Source: Bipalium vagum (Eukaryota). Taken from it: 32,228 bases of DNA. Where the stretch lies: the NCBI GenBank assembly GCA_037834085.1, contig JBBMKC010240415.1:1-32228 (forward strand). The letters are read 5' to 3'. A model generated the notes under the pieces. The model did no database searches and was not told the origin of the DNA. It saw nothing but the letters and a program-made list of their open reading frames with translations. Positions 1 to 11,900 of the stretch are shown piece by piece; the stretch's first letter is position 1, and each line of letters begins with the position of its first letter. Both the position numbers and the translations under genes were made by a program.

Positions 1-75
1 AATTTTCTTTTTATACCCAAGTTCATGTATCATTTATTAATAAATGTTATTATCGGATTTTTCTGTTTTATCAGG

Positions 76-102
76 GGGTGGACAATTCGTTGGACCAAAC
101 TG
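76..102. mobile_element. Probable right-hand TIR of a Tc1-type element extending off the left edge of the window
   Basis: Reverse complement reads TA|CAGTTTGGTCCAACGAATTGTCCACCC: a CAGT terminus with flanking TA (103-104), GC-rich against the background. No partner TIR seen in the window. Confidence 0.45.
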
Positions 103-139
103 TATGTATATTATATTTATATACAGAAAACAATATATT

Positions 140-1189
140 TTAATATTTGGTATATCCTCCAGCTGGATCCATTATTGTGAAAAGCTTTCGCTCATAGAAT
201 CTACGAGGTTGTACTGGTAATTCTCTTCTCCCATAATAGTGGTCTTGCTGAATATGACGTCAGATGAAGTATTGGTAGTTAATAAATTAATCAACTTCAT
301 TTCCAACATCTTTTAGTCCATGAGTCCATACTGCACTTTATTTACAATATCTTGTCTAATTTTCTTGTATCATCGAAATCCTTTTAAACTTTAGTGTATT
401 CTGTGGTAATATTCTATATAATAATTCCATTTCAGCCATGTTAGAAATATCATGGTCTTTAAATCCAAGTAATGAAGTCTTTTTTAAAAAACATTTCTCA
501 CAGTAAAATCAGCTGATGCAGAGTTACCTTAAATAGTATTAAATGACATTGAATATATTTTCTTGAAGCGTTCAATTTAACCAGAAAAGACTGAGAAGTT
601 TTTTATTCCAAGCTTTGAAGCTAGTCGTGAGGCACTTTCAGCCAATAGTGGTCTGCTGAGCCGAACATTTTTGGATTTTACATAACAAAACTAGCTTATT
701 ATTATTTCACCGAGGTTTTTTAGTTTTTAGGGTGAATCTTTTCGACAAATGTATTATTGCATTAAGAAATGCGGTTAAAATTAAATCTTTGTCCTTCAAA
801 ATTTTGGAAATGTTGCATATGCCAACCTGATGTTGATTGAAAATATCAAATTGTTTATGTCTCCTTTAGAACTTGTGTGCAGTAACAACCTTGGTTTTTA
901 TATCTATGGCTTTGCGTTTTGAAGCCATTAAATTTAAATAATTTGAACATGTCACTTGAATTAAATAAAAACTGATTATATAAACAAAAACATTTATTTA
1001 ACAGGATTTATGCAATTATAATTAGTTTTGTTATAGAAATTGGTTGATTATAACGAATAGTTTATTATATGAGTAGTACTATAAACAAAGTTCAATATTA
1101 AGGGAAAGCCTAGTTTTTTGGACGTCACAAACTGTTTATTATACCTTTTACTTGATCATATCCGAAGTGATTATAACGAGATTGGACTG
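140..1189 (-). mobile_element. Decayed, internally deleted pogo/Tigger-family DNA transposon
   Basis: TIR on the minus strand TA|CAGTCCAATCTCGTTATAATCAC (1167-1191), with a subterminal copy of TGATTATAACGA near 1045-1056, upstream of a Tigger-like transposase remnant. Left boundary approximate; no second TIR found. Confidence 0.85.
370..928 (-). pseudogene. Tigger/pogo (CENP-B-like) transposase pseudogene, N-terminal part
   Basis: Manual translation across stops and frameshifts: MASKRKAIDIKTK...ISKILKDKD (psq-type HTH); LSRPLLAESASRLASKLGIKNFSVFSG*IERFKK (CENP-B HTH, cf. GWLxRFKxR); GNSASAD; DISNMAEMELLYRILPQNTLKFK (cf. IFNxDETGLFYRxLP). Confidence 0.85.
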
Positions 1190-2229
1190 TATGTAAATAG
1201 GATTATAAAATTATAATCAGCCATTTTATAATTAGAAATAATATATTATTATTATCTCCGTTATAGTGTTTTTCTTAATTTGCCTTTAAATTTGTTTTAG
1301 GTAAGAATTATATTTCCACAAGAATTATAATATCAACATAATATATAAATTGAAAAATTTCCGAAATATTTCACTATTTCTTATTTACAGAAAATTTTAT
1401 CTTTCTGCATCAAAGACATTTGTTATTCCTATATCTCATCTAATATCACATTGTCATATTAAATTACTTCAAAAATTAAATTAAGGCAATTTTCCTTTGA
1501 CAAGAAATCAAAACTACATTGACAGCACTCACAGACCTGGAATTTCAGTATTTCTAGCATATTCAGCTCATTCTCTAGCGATTTTGTCTTTACTTACGAA
1601 ATTGGTCATTTTGATAATAATTTCATTTGTAATTTCTTCACTTCTAGAAGTGATTAAAACAAAATATTAAAATATGTTGTGGTTAGAGAAAGTCCTCTTA
1701 CTATGTTTGGGAATTCTTCTTGGGTTGCTATTATTTTATAGTTGGTATTAGACTATAAGCAGATAGATATGGAATTGGATATTATAAAAGAAAGATTAAC
1801 TTGAATATGGTTATTTAGACTGCATAAGAGAAAAAGGAGTCAAAGATACAATAAAAGATCTAATTCAAATTCAAAAGAAAATAAAAGGATATAATAAAAT
1901 ATTTATGAATAACGGAATGATTAAGGATTTTCATAAATATTATTAACACTATAAGGAAAAGCTGTAGAATAGGATCAGAAAGTAATATCATAACCTTTAA
2001 AACGATATTTGATTATGAAAAATTTCGTTAATAATGAAATCAAGAAGAACATAATTGTTAATTAAATTATCAAATTAATTAATCAACCAATCAGATATTA
2101 ATTGATTGTTATTATACTCTTTTGAATGCGTTACATTTAAATGAAAGCTATTCTTTGTAAATAATATGAAAATAATACAATAAAACGTTCTATTAAAAAT
2201 CTTATATTGTAAGATTGACAATTGTGCAG

Positions 2230-2900
2230 GCAATTCAAAGCATTTTACGGGCTCAATAATGTATGCTACCTAAAGGGTATATTAAACATTAAATCTCAAG
2301 TAAATGAAAACACCTTAGAGATCACATGGATCTGTCGATCAAGGTTAGCGGAAAATGTGAAAATTGACATGAAATAAAGTTAAAAAAACAAAAAATGTGA
2401 TTCTATAAAAACACATTTTATAAAGGTCGGCTCTTTGATGTATTATTAGTAGTAAAAACTAATAACAATATTATTTTAAGTATCGATTGAAACTTGAAAT
2501 CATTAGTTTCTTATTCATTAAACCATTATTGTATTATTTTGACCTAGAAAATTTCTTTCATTTCGACGTGCAATTCATATTTCTCTTTAAATATCGATAA
2601 TAAATTATCCAGGATATCACGGACATCATTGTGTCTTTTCCGTACCACAGACATTGTGTAATTACAATTACAAAGAGCGGATGAAGCAGGTTTTTCTTTC
2701 TCATAGCTGTTTCTATAATTATCGGCTTTTGTCAATATTTATTTGTCCGTAGATCAATAATGCGATACTTCTAAATAAAGTACAATGTATGTGTTGTTTA
2801 TTGACTAAGGAGATTTTGTACCTAGAGACGATACTCGATACGACAAAAGCATCAATTCTTAATGACAGAAAACTATCGACTAAAACGGACTTTAAATTAA
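2230..2900 (-). mobile_element. Probable 3' remnant of an R2-group non-LTR retrotransposon with restriction-like endonuclease
   Basis: ORF 2544-2735 reads NYRNSYEKEKPASSALCNCNYTMSVVRKRHNDVRDIL, matching the spacing of the CRxC...ET..H.L..C...RHN.V motif with decayed C/H ligands. A downstream RADL near 2425-2436 resembles RPD. A further stop-free frame of about 57 codons lies just upstream. Boundaries approximate. Confidence 0.55.
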
Positions 2901-4245
2901 AAAATAATTTTTAATGAGATTTTGAAGTCTAAAATGGTTTCCCACTATACCAATAAAAGAATAATAATTTCTCTGAAACAAACTCCGTTCAATTTATATG
3001 ATCTTATAACTAAAGAAAAACATTTGAGAATTAATTCAAGAAAATATTGTAAATTTTATCCGTTTCTTTTCGAATCATTATATATGAAAAGGAGAAAAGA
3101 AAGATAATTGAAACATTTTTACTAATTTAACAAAATCTTTCACAATTATCAATAAAGTAATTTTTCAAAGTTAAGTCTTCTGATTATTTTACAATTATTA
3201 TTTTTATTTTAAAAATAATTGTTTCACTAAATATCTTTCACTCGAGTTTGTTAAAATTTCATTTCTTTTATTTTAAGTGTTTGAAAAACTAAAAACAAAA
3301 AGTTTATGCATCAGAAATGATGTTACTTTTGATAATTTTTTGTAGAATCGCCTTTAATTACGATGGAAAATTGATGCAATTACGCTTAAACGGTTTTTGA
3401 AATTTATAAATATATATAATAGATTTTATTGATGCAGTAAAAGAAATGAGTCTCCCAAGGTTATTCTCAAATCGAGTGTTTGAAGGAAAATAAAATCAGA
3501 ATATGAAGTCATTTTGAAAAAGAATTTTATTTTTATAAATACGAAAGTGAGTTTTACACATAAAGTTTGTGCTTTTAATGGATTTTATGATGAATTATAT
3601 TACAAAAAACAGTTTGACACATTTCTTGAATAATACTTTTTTCTAAAAGGTATGAAGGATTCTCCGAATTGTTTGACAGAACTGAATACCAATTTTCTCT
3701 TAAAACCACGTTATTGAAGCTCTATTTTAATTTAATCTTTTTAAATTTAAATTAATATTTTAATTAAAATTTCATATGAAACGATTTAATATTATTGATT
3801 TTAAAAAATTCGATCTTTCACTTTTTTTGCGAATTTAAAATTTTGAATAATCTAAAATATTTGGTTGAAATATAAATAATGAAAAAAAATTTCATTTAAA
3901 ATTTTCATAAAAATCCTTTCTCATAACGTTTATAAACTTATAGCATTTTAATAGATTAAATGTCTCAATTATTTAAAAATGTCTTAAATCCACAAATGAA
4001 ATTTATTTGTCTCAAAGATTTGATAATTTCATATCTTATAAATCAATTAATTTCTGAAATATAGGGGAAATTCTATTTTAATGTAATTATGTTCGTGAAT
4101 AGCTGAAATAATTAATTATTTAGAATTATATACATATAAAGCAAGGATGGGCAAAAGATTCATTACGTTAATGTTAAAATATTTTATTTTTAAATTTAAT
4201 ATTTTGATTGAATACACCTTATAAAAAGTTTGACACATCTTTAAA

Positions 4246-4275
4246 TATTAGGTTGTTGCAGACGAAATGTCATTT
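4246..4275 (+). mobile_element. Isolated mariner-like TIR
   Basis: TATTAGGTTGTTGCAGACGAAATGTC resembles mariner ends (ATTAGGTTG...). A weak inverse partner TTTTGCCAACCTATGTA lies near 5137-5153. Confidence 0.4.
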
Positions 4276-4394
4276 TTATTTATAAATGTTAACTGTCAAA
4301 TTAAGATGAGAAAAAATTTATTAAATCCTTCAGGTTAAGAAGAATTGTTAAAAATTACCTAATTAAAAAATGTCATTGGTTGAAATAGTTTATT

Positions 4395-4605
4395 AGTCAT
4401 CGATTTTTGTGGTCTAACGGGCTTTACTATAGCTAAAACCACACATTTTGAGTATGAAAAATATGCGTAAAATTTTTTTCATGAATAGTAAACTTCGTCA
4501 TTATGCCAGTGAATATTTTGAAAATCAATGATGTCATTTACTTGTCTAAATTGTTTCTTTTTGTTTTTTGCATATTGTTAGTGTTTTTATTAAATAAGAA
4601 AGTGG
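4395..4605 (-). mobile_element. maT-like transposase fragment, first-Asp region (dispersed repeat copy 1)
   Basis: Shares ATGCCAGTGAATATTTTG(A/G)AAATCAATGATGTCATTTAC and flanks with 6737-6963. Minus strand translates YAKNKKKQFRQVNDIIDFQNIHWHNDE/FTIHEKNF. Confidence 0.55.
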
Positions 4606-6289
4606 AAATCTATACAGAAAGTTGTAATTATTTAAATTTTTCATTAACAAAATAATTCGGTTGAATTCTTATTTAAAAATCAAATATAAGGTCTATGTAA
4701 ATGATTTTTTTCATAAAGTTTCTGTGTACAAATGCTATTAGTAATATCTTTGTTAATTGAAAAAGTTTTGTTTTAAAAAAAAGAAAACCTCCTAATAGAC
4801 AGAGAGTTTATGTAAATATTGCCAACTGAAAAAATGAAATAACATGTTAATTTTTTAAAAAAATCAAAGAATCAATAAAAATGTGTAATTGTCTAAATCG
4901 ATTTAATGATTTAATTTTATATATTAACAACTTTAGATATAAGCATTTAAAATGCAGGACGAATATATTAAGTTGTTAGACAAGAGAACGTCAAAAAGGA
5001 AATATCAGCAATAAGCAATGTTATATAAATTATAAAAAAATATTTATTAAAATAACATGTATTTGAAAATTTTATATTTGAAATAATATTTCTGTAGTAT
5101 TAAATTGATAAAAATAATAAAAATAAAAAAATAATTTTTTGCCAACCTATGTAGATGATAGATAAAATAGTTAAAAAAAAATAATTTCTCATAAGCCGAT
5201 TGGTTTAACAATCAATAATCATCGAAAAATGAAGGTTTATTTTCTGTAAAGTATAAATATCATGAAGGTTAAATATGAATTGTATTCATTTCACAGTTTA
5301 TTTATATAAAGAAATTAAATGTTTATTACTAGATAAGTGGACAAATATATACTAGTAAAATGATGATTATATTTTTCAGAGAAAATTTTGTTTATTGGTC
5401 TAAGACTCTTATTAAATAATACAGCTCGAAAATCTCTTAAAATCTGTGTCAGTACATAAAACTATTAATTAAAAATAATGAATAAATTAAAATAATTAAT
5501 CAATTGGAAATGAGTGTAATAAAAAATTCTATTCAGACATTAAAATACATTTTTACAAATGGTTTTCGAAGGTATGAGTTTTGAAAATATTACTGTCTCG
5601 ACAACCTTATACACATTGTCATACCAATAATGGAAAGTGTTAGTTGTGAGTATATTTAAAAATCCATTGTATTCTACAAGTTCTCTTGTATATGACTTCC
5701 TAAGATATCATAATTTTAAATAAAGCCTAAATTTCAAATTTCAAAGCAGTCCGATAGAACCTTTAAAGTTATCAACACCATGGTTTTTGAAAATTAATAA
5801 AGTACATTTAAATGATAAAGCATCATTTACTATTTATAAATAATAATAAAAAATAATAATAAATATGTTTTAGTCACAAAAATTTTATGTTCAAGAAAAG
5901 TTTTCCTGATTTTTCTTACGTCATTGACAAAATCTTCACGAAATCTTCATAAACTTTAAAGAAAATATTTTATCATAAAATCTTATAATATAAATTGTAA
6001 GTCTAACGCAATTCCTTTTATTTATTATTTATTTATTTATTATTTTATTTTATTATTAATATCCTAAACAATTAATTATAAAAATAATCGATTAAATAGA
6101 TGTAGACAATAACCTTACAAATAGAAGAGATAAATTTAAAATTTGCTAAACTATTCCATAATATTTAAATAAAAAAATTACGTAATTTTATAAAAGTTTG
6201 GCAGTTAACAAAAAACGGTGGTGATTAAAAATATAAACCCATGGCGAATATTAGAGTACATACTGTAATTTACATATTTATTAAAGTCA

Positions 6290-6670
6290 ACAAACAAATG
6301 GTTCATCTACAGTGTTACATATTTCTACTTACTTAAGTCATCCAACTACCATTTATATAAACATCTTAAGTGGTAAGACAAACAAAAAATTCCATATCTT
6401 CTCTGATATAGTGATATGTAACGATTAGAAAGACGAAGATGGTATAATTAGCGTTGTGATAAGTATTGTATTTATCTTTATTAATAAAATGATTCTTTGA
6501 TCTTTGTATAGAAAAAGCATGTTTTTCTAAAGTTATATTCTAAATATAAAAAATAATTCTCATTAAAAAAAATAATGATGAAGAATTTTTATACCCTCTA
6601 GTATTGCAGAAAAATCAATTTTATAAGTTTGATTTGATAAGAAATGGAGACAAGGGTAGTTGTAAACAAG
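6290..6670 (+). mobile_element. Highly decayed mariner transposase remnant
   Basis: KHLKW*DKQKIPYLL*YSDM*RLE near 6359-6430 echoes HL..G...WVPHxL; weak C-terminal similarity near 6610-6670. Confidence 0.3.
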
Positions 6671-6736
6671 ATCTTTTAAAATAACTGATATACAAAAACT
6701 TGGTGGATTTAAATATAAAATTTATTAAAATAGTGT

Positions 6737-6963
6737 AGTCTTCATCGATTTTCATGTCTGAAGACCTGTGTTTAAATTAAGATAATTTATTTTGAGTATA
6801 ACGACTAAGTTTGAAATATTTTGCGTCAAAAATGTTTTCACTAATAATAAAGCTTTTCATCATGCCAGTGAATATTTTGGAAATCAATGATGTCATTTAC
6901 CTGCTTAAAATATTTCTTTTTGTTATTTCCGTAGAGCTACTATTTTCATTGAGTAACAAAGTC
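6737..6963 (-). mobile_element. maT-like transposase fragment, first-Asp region (dispersed repeat copy 2)
   Basis: Homologous to 4395-4605. Translates YGNNKKKYFKQVNDIIDFQNIHWHDEKL/FIISENIF, cf. maT I.F(S/T)DEKxFTI. Confidence 0.55.
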
Positions 6964-7239
6964 AAAGTATTTTAAAAAGTTAAAATATTAAGTATAAAAT
7001 AATAATTATTGTCAATCACTTTCTTAAAAAATAACTTTAACAAAAGATTTTCTGTTAATATTATTTCTATTTTTATTCATCTTTGCATTTGGAGAAAGGT
7101 TGCAGATCATATTCCTATTACCAATCATTTGTACGATGATAACTAAATTACGAATTTAGAGAGGGTTGATATTGTATAATGATATCATTTAAAATTAAAT
7201 TGGTTAGAGGTATCCCAATTATTTTTATATTATTAATGT

Positions 7240-7670
7240 TTTACTCTAAAAAATCAACTCCTTGCAATACATGTCAGTGTAATTTTTTGAATCAAGCTAT
7301 AATACTTTTTATATGCAAATCATCAAATGAAATTTGTTTCATACTGGAAACCTTTGCTATCAGTAATTTCGAACAATTTTCAATTGGGCATTTTCAATGT
7401 GGGATCATTCGTGGATACGGGATTTTGTTTTCTAACGCCAAGTCAGCAAATTTTATTAAAATTTGAATATAACTAAAGAAGATATATTGATTCGTAGAAC
7501 GATTTCAGTCAAATCGATCTCAATTGTTGTTTAAGGGTTAAGTTTACTTTTATCAGATTTCATAAAATGTAAAAGTCCTTCGTTTTTTGGTTATGCAACA
7601 ATTCACACGTAGATGTGATGTTTGACATTTTTGATTTTTTAATTTTAACTCAACCAAATTCCTTACTTTT
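7240..7670 (-). mobile_element. Old mariner remnant(s) flanking the younger mariner
   Basis: Minus-strand fragments MIPH (near 7400-7411), YTDMYCKEL (near 7255-7283) and TCELL (near 7596-7610) correspond to mariner WVPH, Y(C)xxL and CxxLL segments. Confidence 0.4.
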
Positions 7671-7675
7671 GTATA

Positions 7676-8906
7676 CGAGGATCAATCAAAAAGTAACCTT
7701 AAAACACATTTATTTTTTAAAAAATTGATTCACATTTGAGCGTTAATGTCACTTTTCAACTTTGTCTCCTCTACGTCCAATGCACATACTCCACCTCTTA
7801 ATTAGAGCCTGGAATCCACGGGATAAATCTTGTTGGCTGACTACGAGTTCACTGATACACTGGTCTTTTGAGCTCTACCTCTGAATTGAACTGTTTTCCT
7901 TGTAATGTATATTTGAGTGGTCTAAAGAGATTGAAATCACAAGGAATGAGGTCGGAAGAATAAACAGGATATGGAAAACATTTAATTTTTAGTCATTTAA
8001 TTTTATTCACTGTAGCATGGGCAGTATATGGTCGTGCATTATCGTACTGCAATAGAACACCAAGACTAAGCAGCCCACGTCGCTTTGTACGGATAGCAGG
8101 TTTTAGATTATTTTGAATTTGATCAAAATACAATGCACTTGTTACAGTGGATTCTTTTGCCATGTAATGGTCATGAATTGGGTATTTGTTATCCCAAAAG
8201 AGAGTAAGCATCAGTTTACGAAACTTTTTTGGTGGTGAAGAAGAAGAATGTTTTCACTGTTTGCCTGCTCTTTTTGACTCTGGTTTGGAAATAATGAATC
8301 CAACTTTCATCATAGTGAGGATGATATCAAGAAAATCATTATCTTTTGTTTCATAACGATAAAGAGCATTTGACAGATGTCCATCCGGACTTTCATTTGG
8401 CAGTCAGTTTGATGTAATAGGCAGCCGTGACTTAGCATCCTTTTAGAGTCTACTTAATCAATTGTTATCCGCATGTTTTCACATAAGATGTAATCAATTT
8501 CCCAAATTTTCTCTGATGTTTCAACTAAATAGAGTCTACCAGATCGGCGTGCATCGCTCAGATTTGTTAAACCGCTTTAGAACTTCCTAAGCCATTCATA
8601 TACATATTGAAGTGATAAACAGGAATCCAAATGCTTTGATAAAATTCTGCGATGAATATTAGGAGGAATTTCACCTTCACTGCCTAAAAGTCGAATTATT
8701 TTTGCTACTCTTCTTTGAATGCAATCAGTTAGAGATACCACCATCATTTTAATGAGATTATTAAGAAATATGCGAATATTAATCATGGGTATTACTTTTT
8801 TATTTATTTTTAATGTGTTTACTTATAAAATAAAAGGTGTATTAAATCTTTATAATTTTTTATATATTTTACAGGTAATTTAGGGTTACTTTTTGACTGA
8901 CCCTCT
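7676..8906 (-). mobile_element. Full-length-size (1231 bp) inactive DD34D mariner element with TIRs and TA TSD
   Basis: Left TA|CGAGGATCAATCAAAAAGTAACCTTA (7676-7701); right end reverse complement TA|AGAGGGTCAGTCAAAAAGTAACCCTA (8881-8906); 22/26 identical. Encloses a transposase pseudogene. Confidence 0.95.
7749..8747 (-). pseudogene. Mariner DD34D transposase pseudogene
   Basis: HTH IIRLLGSEG..P.NIHRR...VYEWLRKF*SG...DARRSGR; DESWIHYFQ (D1); LMLTLFWD; LQYDNARPYTA (D2); YSSDLIPCDFNLF (D3), with exactly 34 residues counted between D2 and D3; C-terminus CIGRRGDKVEK*. Several stops, frameshifts and small deletions. Confidence 0.95.
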
Positions 8907-11900
8907 TATATAAGCGTTTGGTAACGATAGAAAGATCAATGTTCAATTCTTGAATTTAAAATGATTCTTAATTGAGAAGTCTTCAGTCATTTATATTCAA
9001 ACTATTTCGGTTGACTAAGACACTTTTTATCTTTCCTGTCGTAATCATTATATTTAACCAATTAAGCCATTCAAAGATCTTGTGTTTGATAAAATATTAC
9101 CAAACTTTTCGACCTATGATTCCGCTCGTGAATGATGAATATCAGTAGGAATTTTTTGAGAAATATGACTTGACAAAATATTTAGTAAATTCTGCATTTT
9201 TCACAAATTTTCAAACTTATGTTCATTCACTAAAACATTTCATGATTGTGATTAATTACCGAAGTGGACTAATTTGATTAATATGTTAAAATATCATTTA
9301 TGTATTATCACGCATATTTAAACTGTGGCATTCTTATCGGATTCCGGAAATCAACTTAAACAAAGAGTAAATTTCCAATATTTTAATTAACCGTTAACCT
9401 TCTACCTTTCCTCTCGAGATATTTAATATTAAACACATACATTTAAATTATTTTGTTTCATTTTAATTTAACGAATAAAAAAAACTTTTATAATATTATA
9501 TTATACTTAAGTTGTTTTATAATCTAATTAAGATCTGGAATGGCATTATCGTTTTTCTCTACAATCCCATTGTCTTTGAAAAACTCTATTTGCACTGCCA
9601 AAATAAATATTTTATGAGATGAGGGATTTGTGGAATTAGTTTCCCAAAAAACCTTTTTTCGAAATATTGCTTACAGAGCACTGTTTTTAATTTCTTCACT
9701 ATAAATATAAGATATAGCTCACCTAAGTTGTCTGATACCGACTGCAAGCAAGGCTTCATTTAAGTGCATTTACGCAAATAATATAATTTTATGCCTTTAT
9801 TAATTTTAGAGAGATTAAATTTATTTATTTATTTTTAAAAAATGACATTTAGACTAGGGGAAAGAAATTTCTCTTTATAAACATAAAATCTTCTCCATTC
9901 ATACTGGAGAACTTGGAGGAGACCAATATACTAACTAAATACACATGTGCTTTTGAGGATCTGTTGAGGAAATACCAAAGTTTGTATAGAACTGATGAAA
10001 AACAGCCTGACTCGACGAAATCGTGATGAAATACCAATTTATTAAAACAAAATATTCTAAATGTCCTAAATATAAATGAAAAATTATGTACCCATTTTAT
10101 AAGTCTTATTATTAATTTATTATTTAATTTAATATTTGCAATTTTTTTGCTTTTTAAAAAAAACATTGGAGATCTTAGATTATCTGTTCAACTGAAAGTG
10201 AAGTCAAGTGTCAACTTTTCTCTATTATCCAGTTATAAATCTTAAAGCTAAGTTCAAAACCACTTAAACAATCTTTTAATATATGACGAAGATTCAGGCT
10301 ATTTGCGGGGTGTGACAATATCCCAATCGACTAATTAATTAATATCATTTCAGAAGACCATTGGTGAATATTTTCACTTTAACTTATAATAATTTCTATT
10401 TTCATTTCTGTCAAATAAATATCTGTTTCACAGTTTCATCGGTTTGAATCAGTTCTCGAATAGATCAACCCCTTGAAATTTTTAATGTTTGTCGATAAGT
10501 CATTCTCTATTTTCTGTCCAGGCCATGTATATGGATATTGTTTGGAAGGGTGGTCAACAGTAAAAAATCAGTTGTCATCAAAATTAAGAATGTTAGGATA
10601 TAGCCGAAACGAAAGTATTATTCAATTTAAGCGACCAGAAACAAAATCAAAGCGAAAAATATATTTCAAACATATTTTGCCTTTTTGCGAATTAAACCTT
10701 ACACTACGTAAAATGTTTTTGTCCGAAAATAAACCAATTTTTCCCATCGTTGAAATACATTGTTCTTGGATCTTTTCAGGAGTAATTGTTTCATTTTGTT
10801 TGTGATAATATGACCTTTTTGACCTTAAGTACATTTGACGCGTTTGAAATTTGTGGTAGCGTCATTAAAAATAAAAAAAGGCGATAGTTTTACATTTCAC
10901 TTTTCCCTCTTTTGCAACATCAATTAATTAGAAGTTAATATAGTATCACAAAGAGAAAGGGAACTAAACAAAAAATCTCTATAAAATGACAAAAATTAAC
11001 AAAATACGATTGCTTTAAGGTTGTTCGAGAACTTTATTGTAACCCTGATTATTTTCAGTGTATTTTCACTGAAAAAATAATTATCAGGCAGACAATACCC
11101 CTTGCCAGAGGTAGGTAAGGTAATAAAACCAATTTCTGGTCATTTAGCTTGACTCTGTTTATATTTTACAAAATGAAACCGAATGTTGTCTATACCAAAG
11201 TCAATTTTCCCAAGCTTTAAATTTATCATCGGGCTTAATCCGTAAATGATAATTTAGAAATCGGGTGTTGAAAATTAATCAACATTTCTCTTCCTACAAT
11301 ACGATGTATTGTTTCTGTACGTTCAGAGATCATTATTTCTTTTGAGAACCCTCAAGACAATTAATCAAAGTAGCATTTTAAAAACAATAATAATATTTTT
11401 AAAAACTATTGATTAAAACTTATCACATTCCGTCCAATGAAATCCAGGAAGCTGTAGGGCAATATCTAAGACAGACCTCATATTTCCTGAGACTGAAAGA
11501 CCAGCTATGGAAATAACTGTTATTTTTTAAGAAAAAAATTGATCAAAGAAGTTACTTAAAAAGGGAAATACGAAGATTTTAGTTCAAGTGATCTTTTTGT
11601 TGATATGTCCATATTTCTTTTTCTTTTTCATTATTTAATCACATTTTCGAAAACAAATAATAAAAAATGAACCATTGTATTTGAAGTTGAACGTTCTTCT
11701 GTTTTATTTGCCATATTTTTTAAAATTTTAAATTAATTTAAAACTAATTAATTTTTAATTAATTAATTTATTGTAAAATGTCCATCGATTATTTTTATAA
11801 GGCTTAGAAAAAGAAAAAATTTCCAAGAAATAATAAAACTGTATTAATTTATTAATTAGATAAAAATTAAAGTGTCCTTGATTTTACAAATCAAAATGTT

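Noticed and set aside
1525-1650. Minus-strand splice-like signals (GTAAG, GTGAG, TTCTAG) suggesting an exon
   Set aside because: The longer frame contains a stop, no partner exon was found, and such motifs are frequent by chance.
2922-3107. Short ORFs 2922-3107, also 9849-10166, 22596-22778, 28415-28633 and 30735-30920
   Set aside because: No recognisable motif; low-complexity AT-driven composition or overlap with TE ends and antisense strands.
7179-7466. 95-aa hydrophobic ORF with CxxCxC
   Set aside because: Lies antisense to a decayed mariner; F/I/K/N-rich composition typical of chance ORFs in AT-rich DNA.
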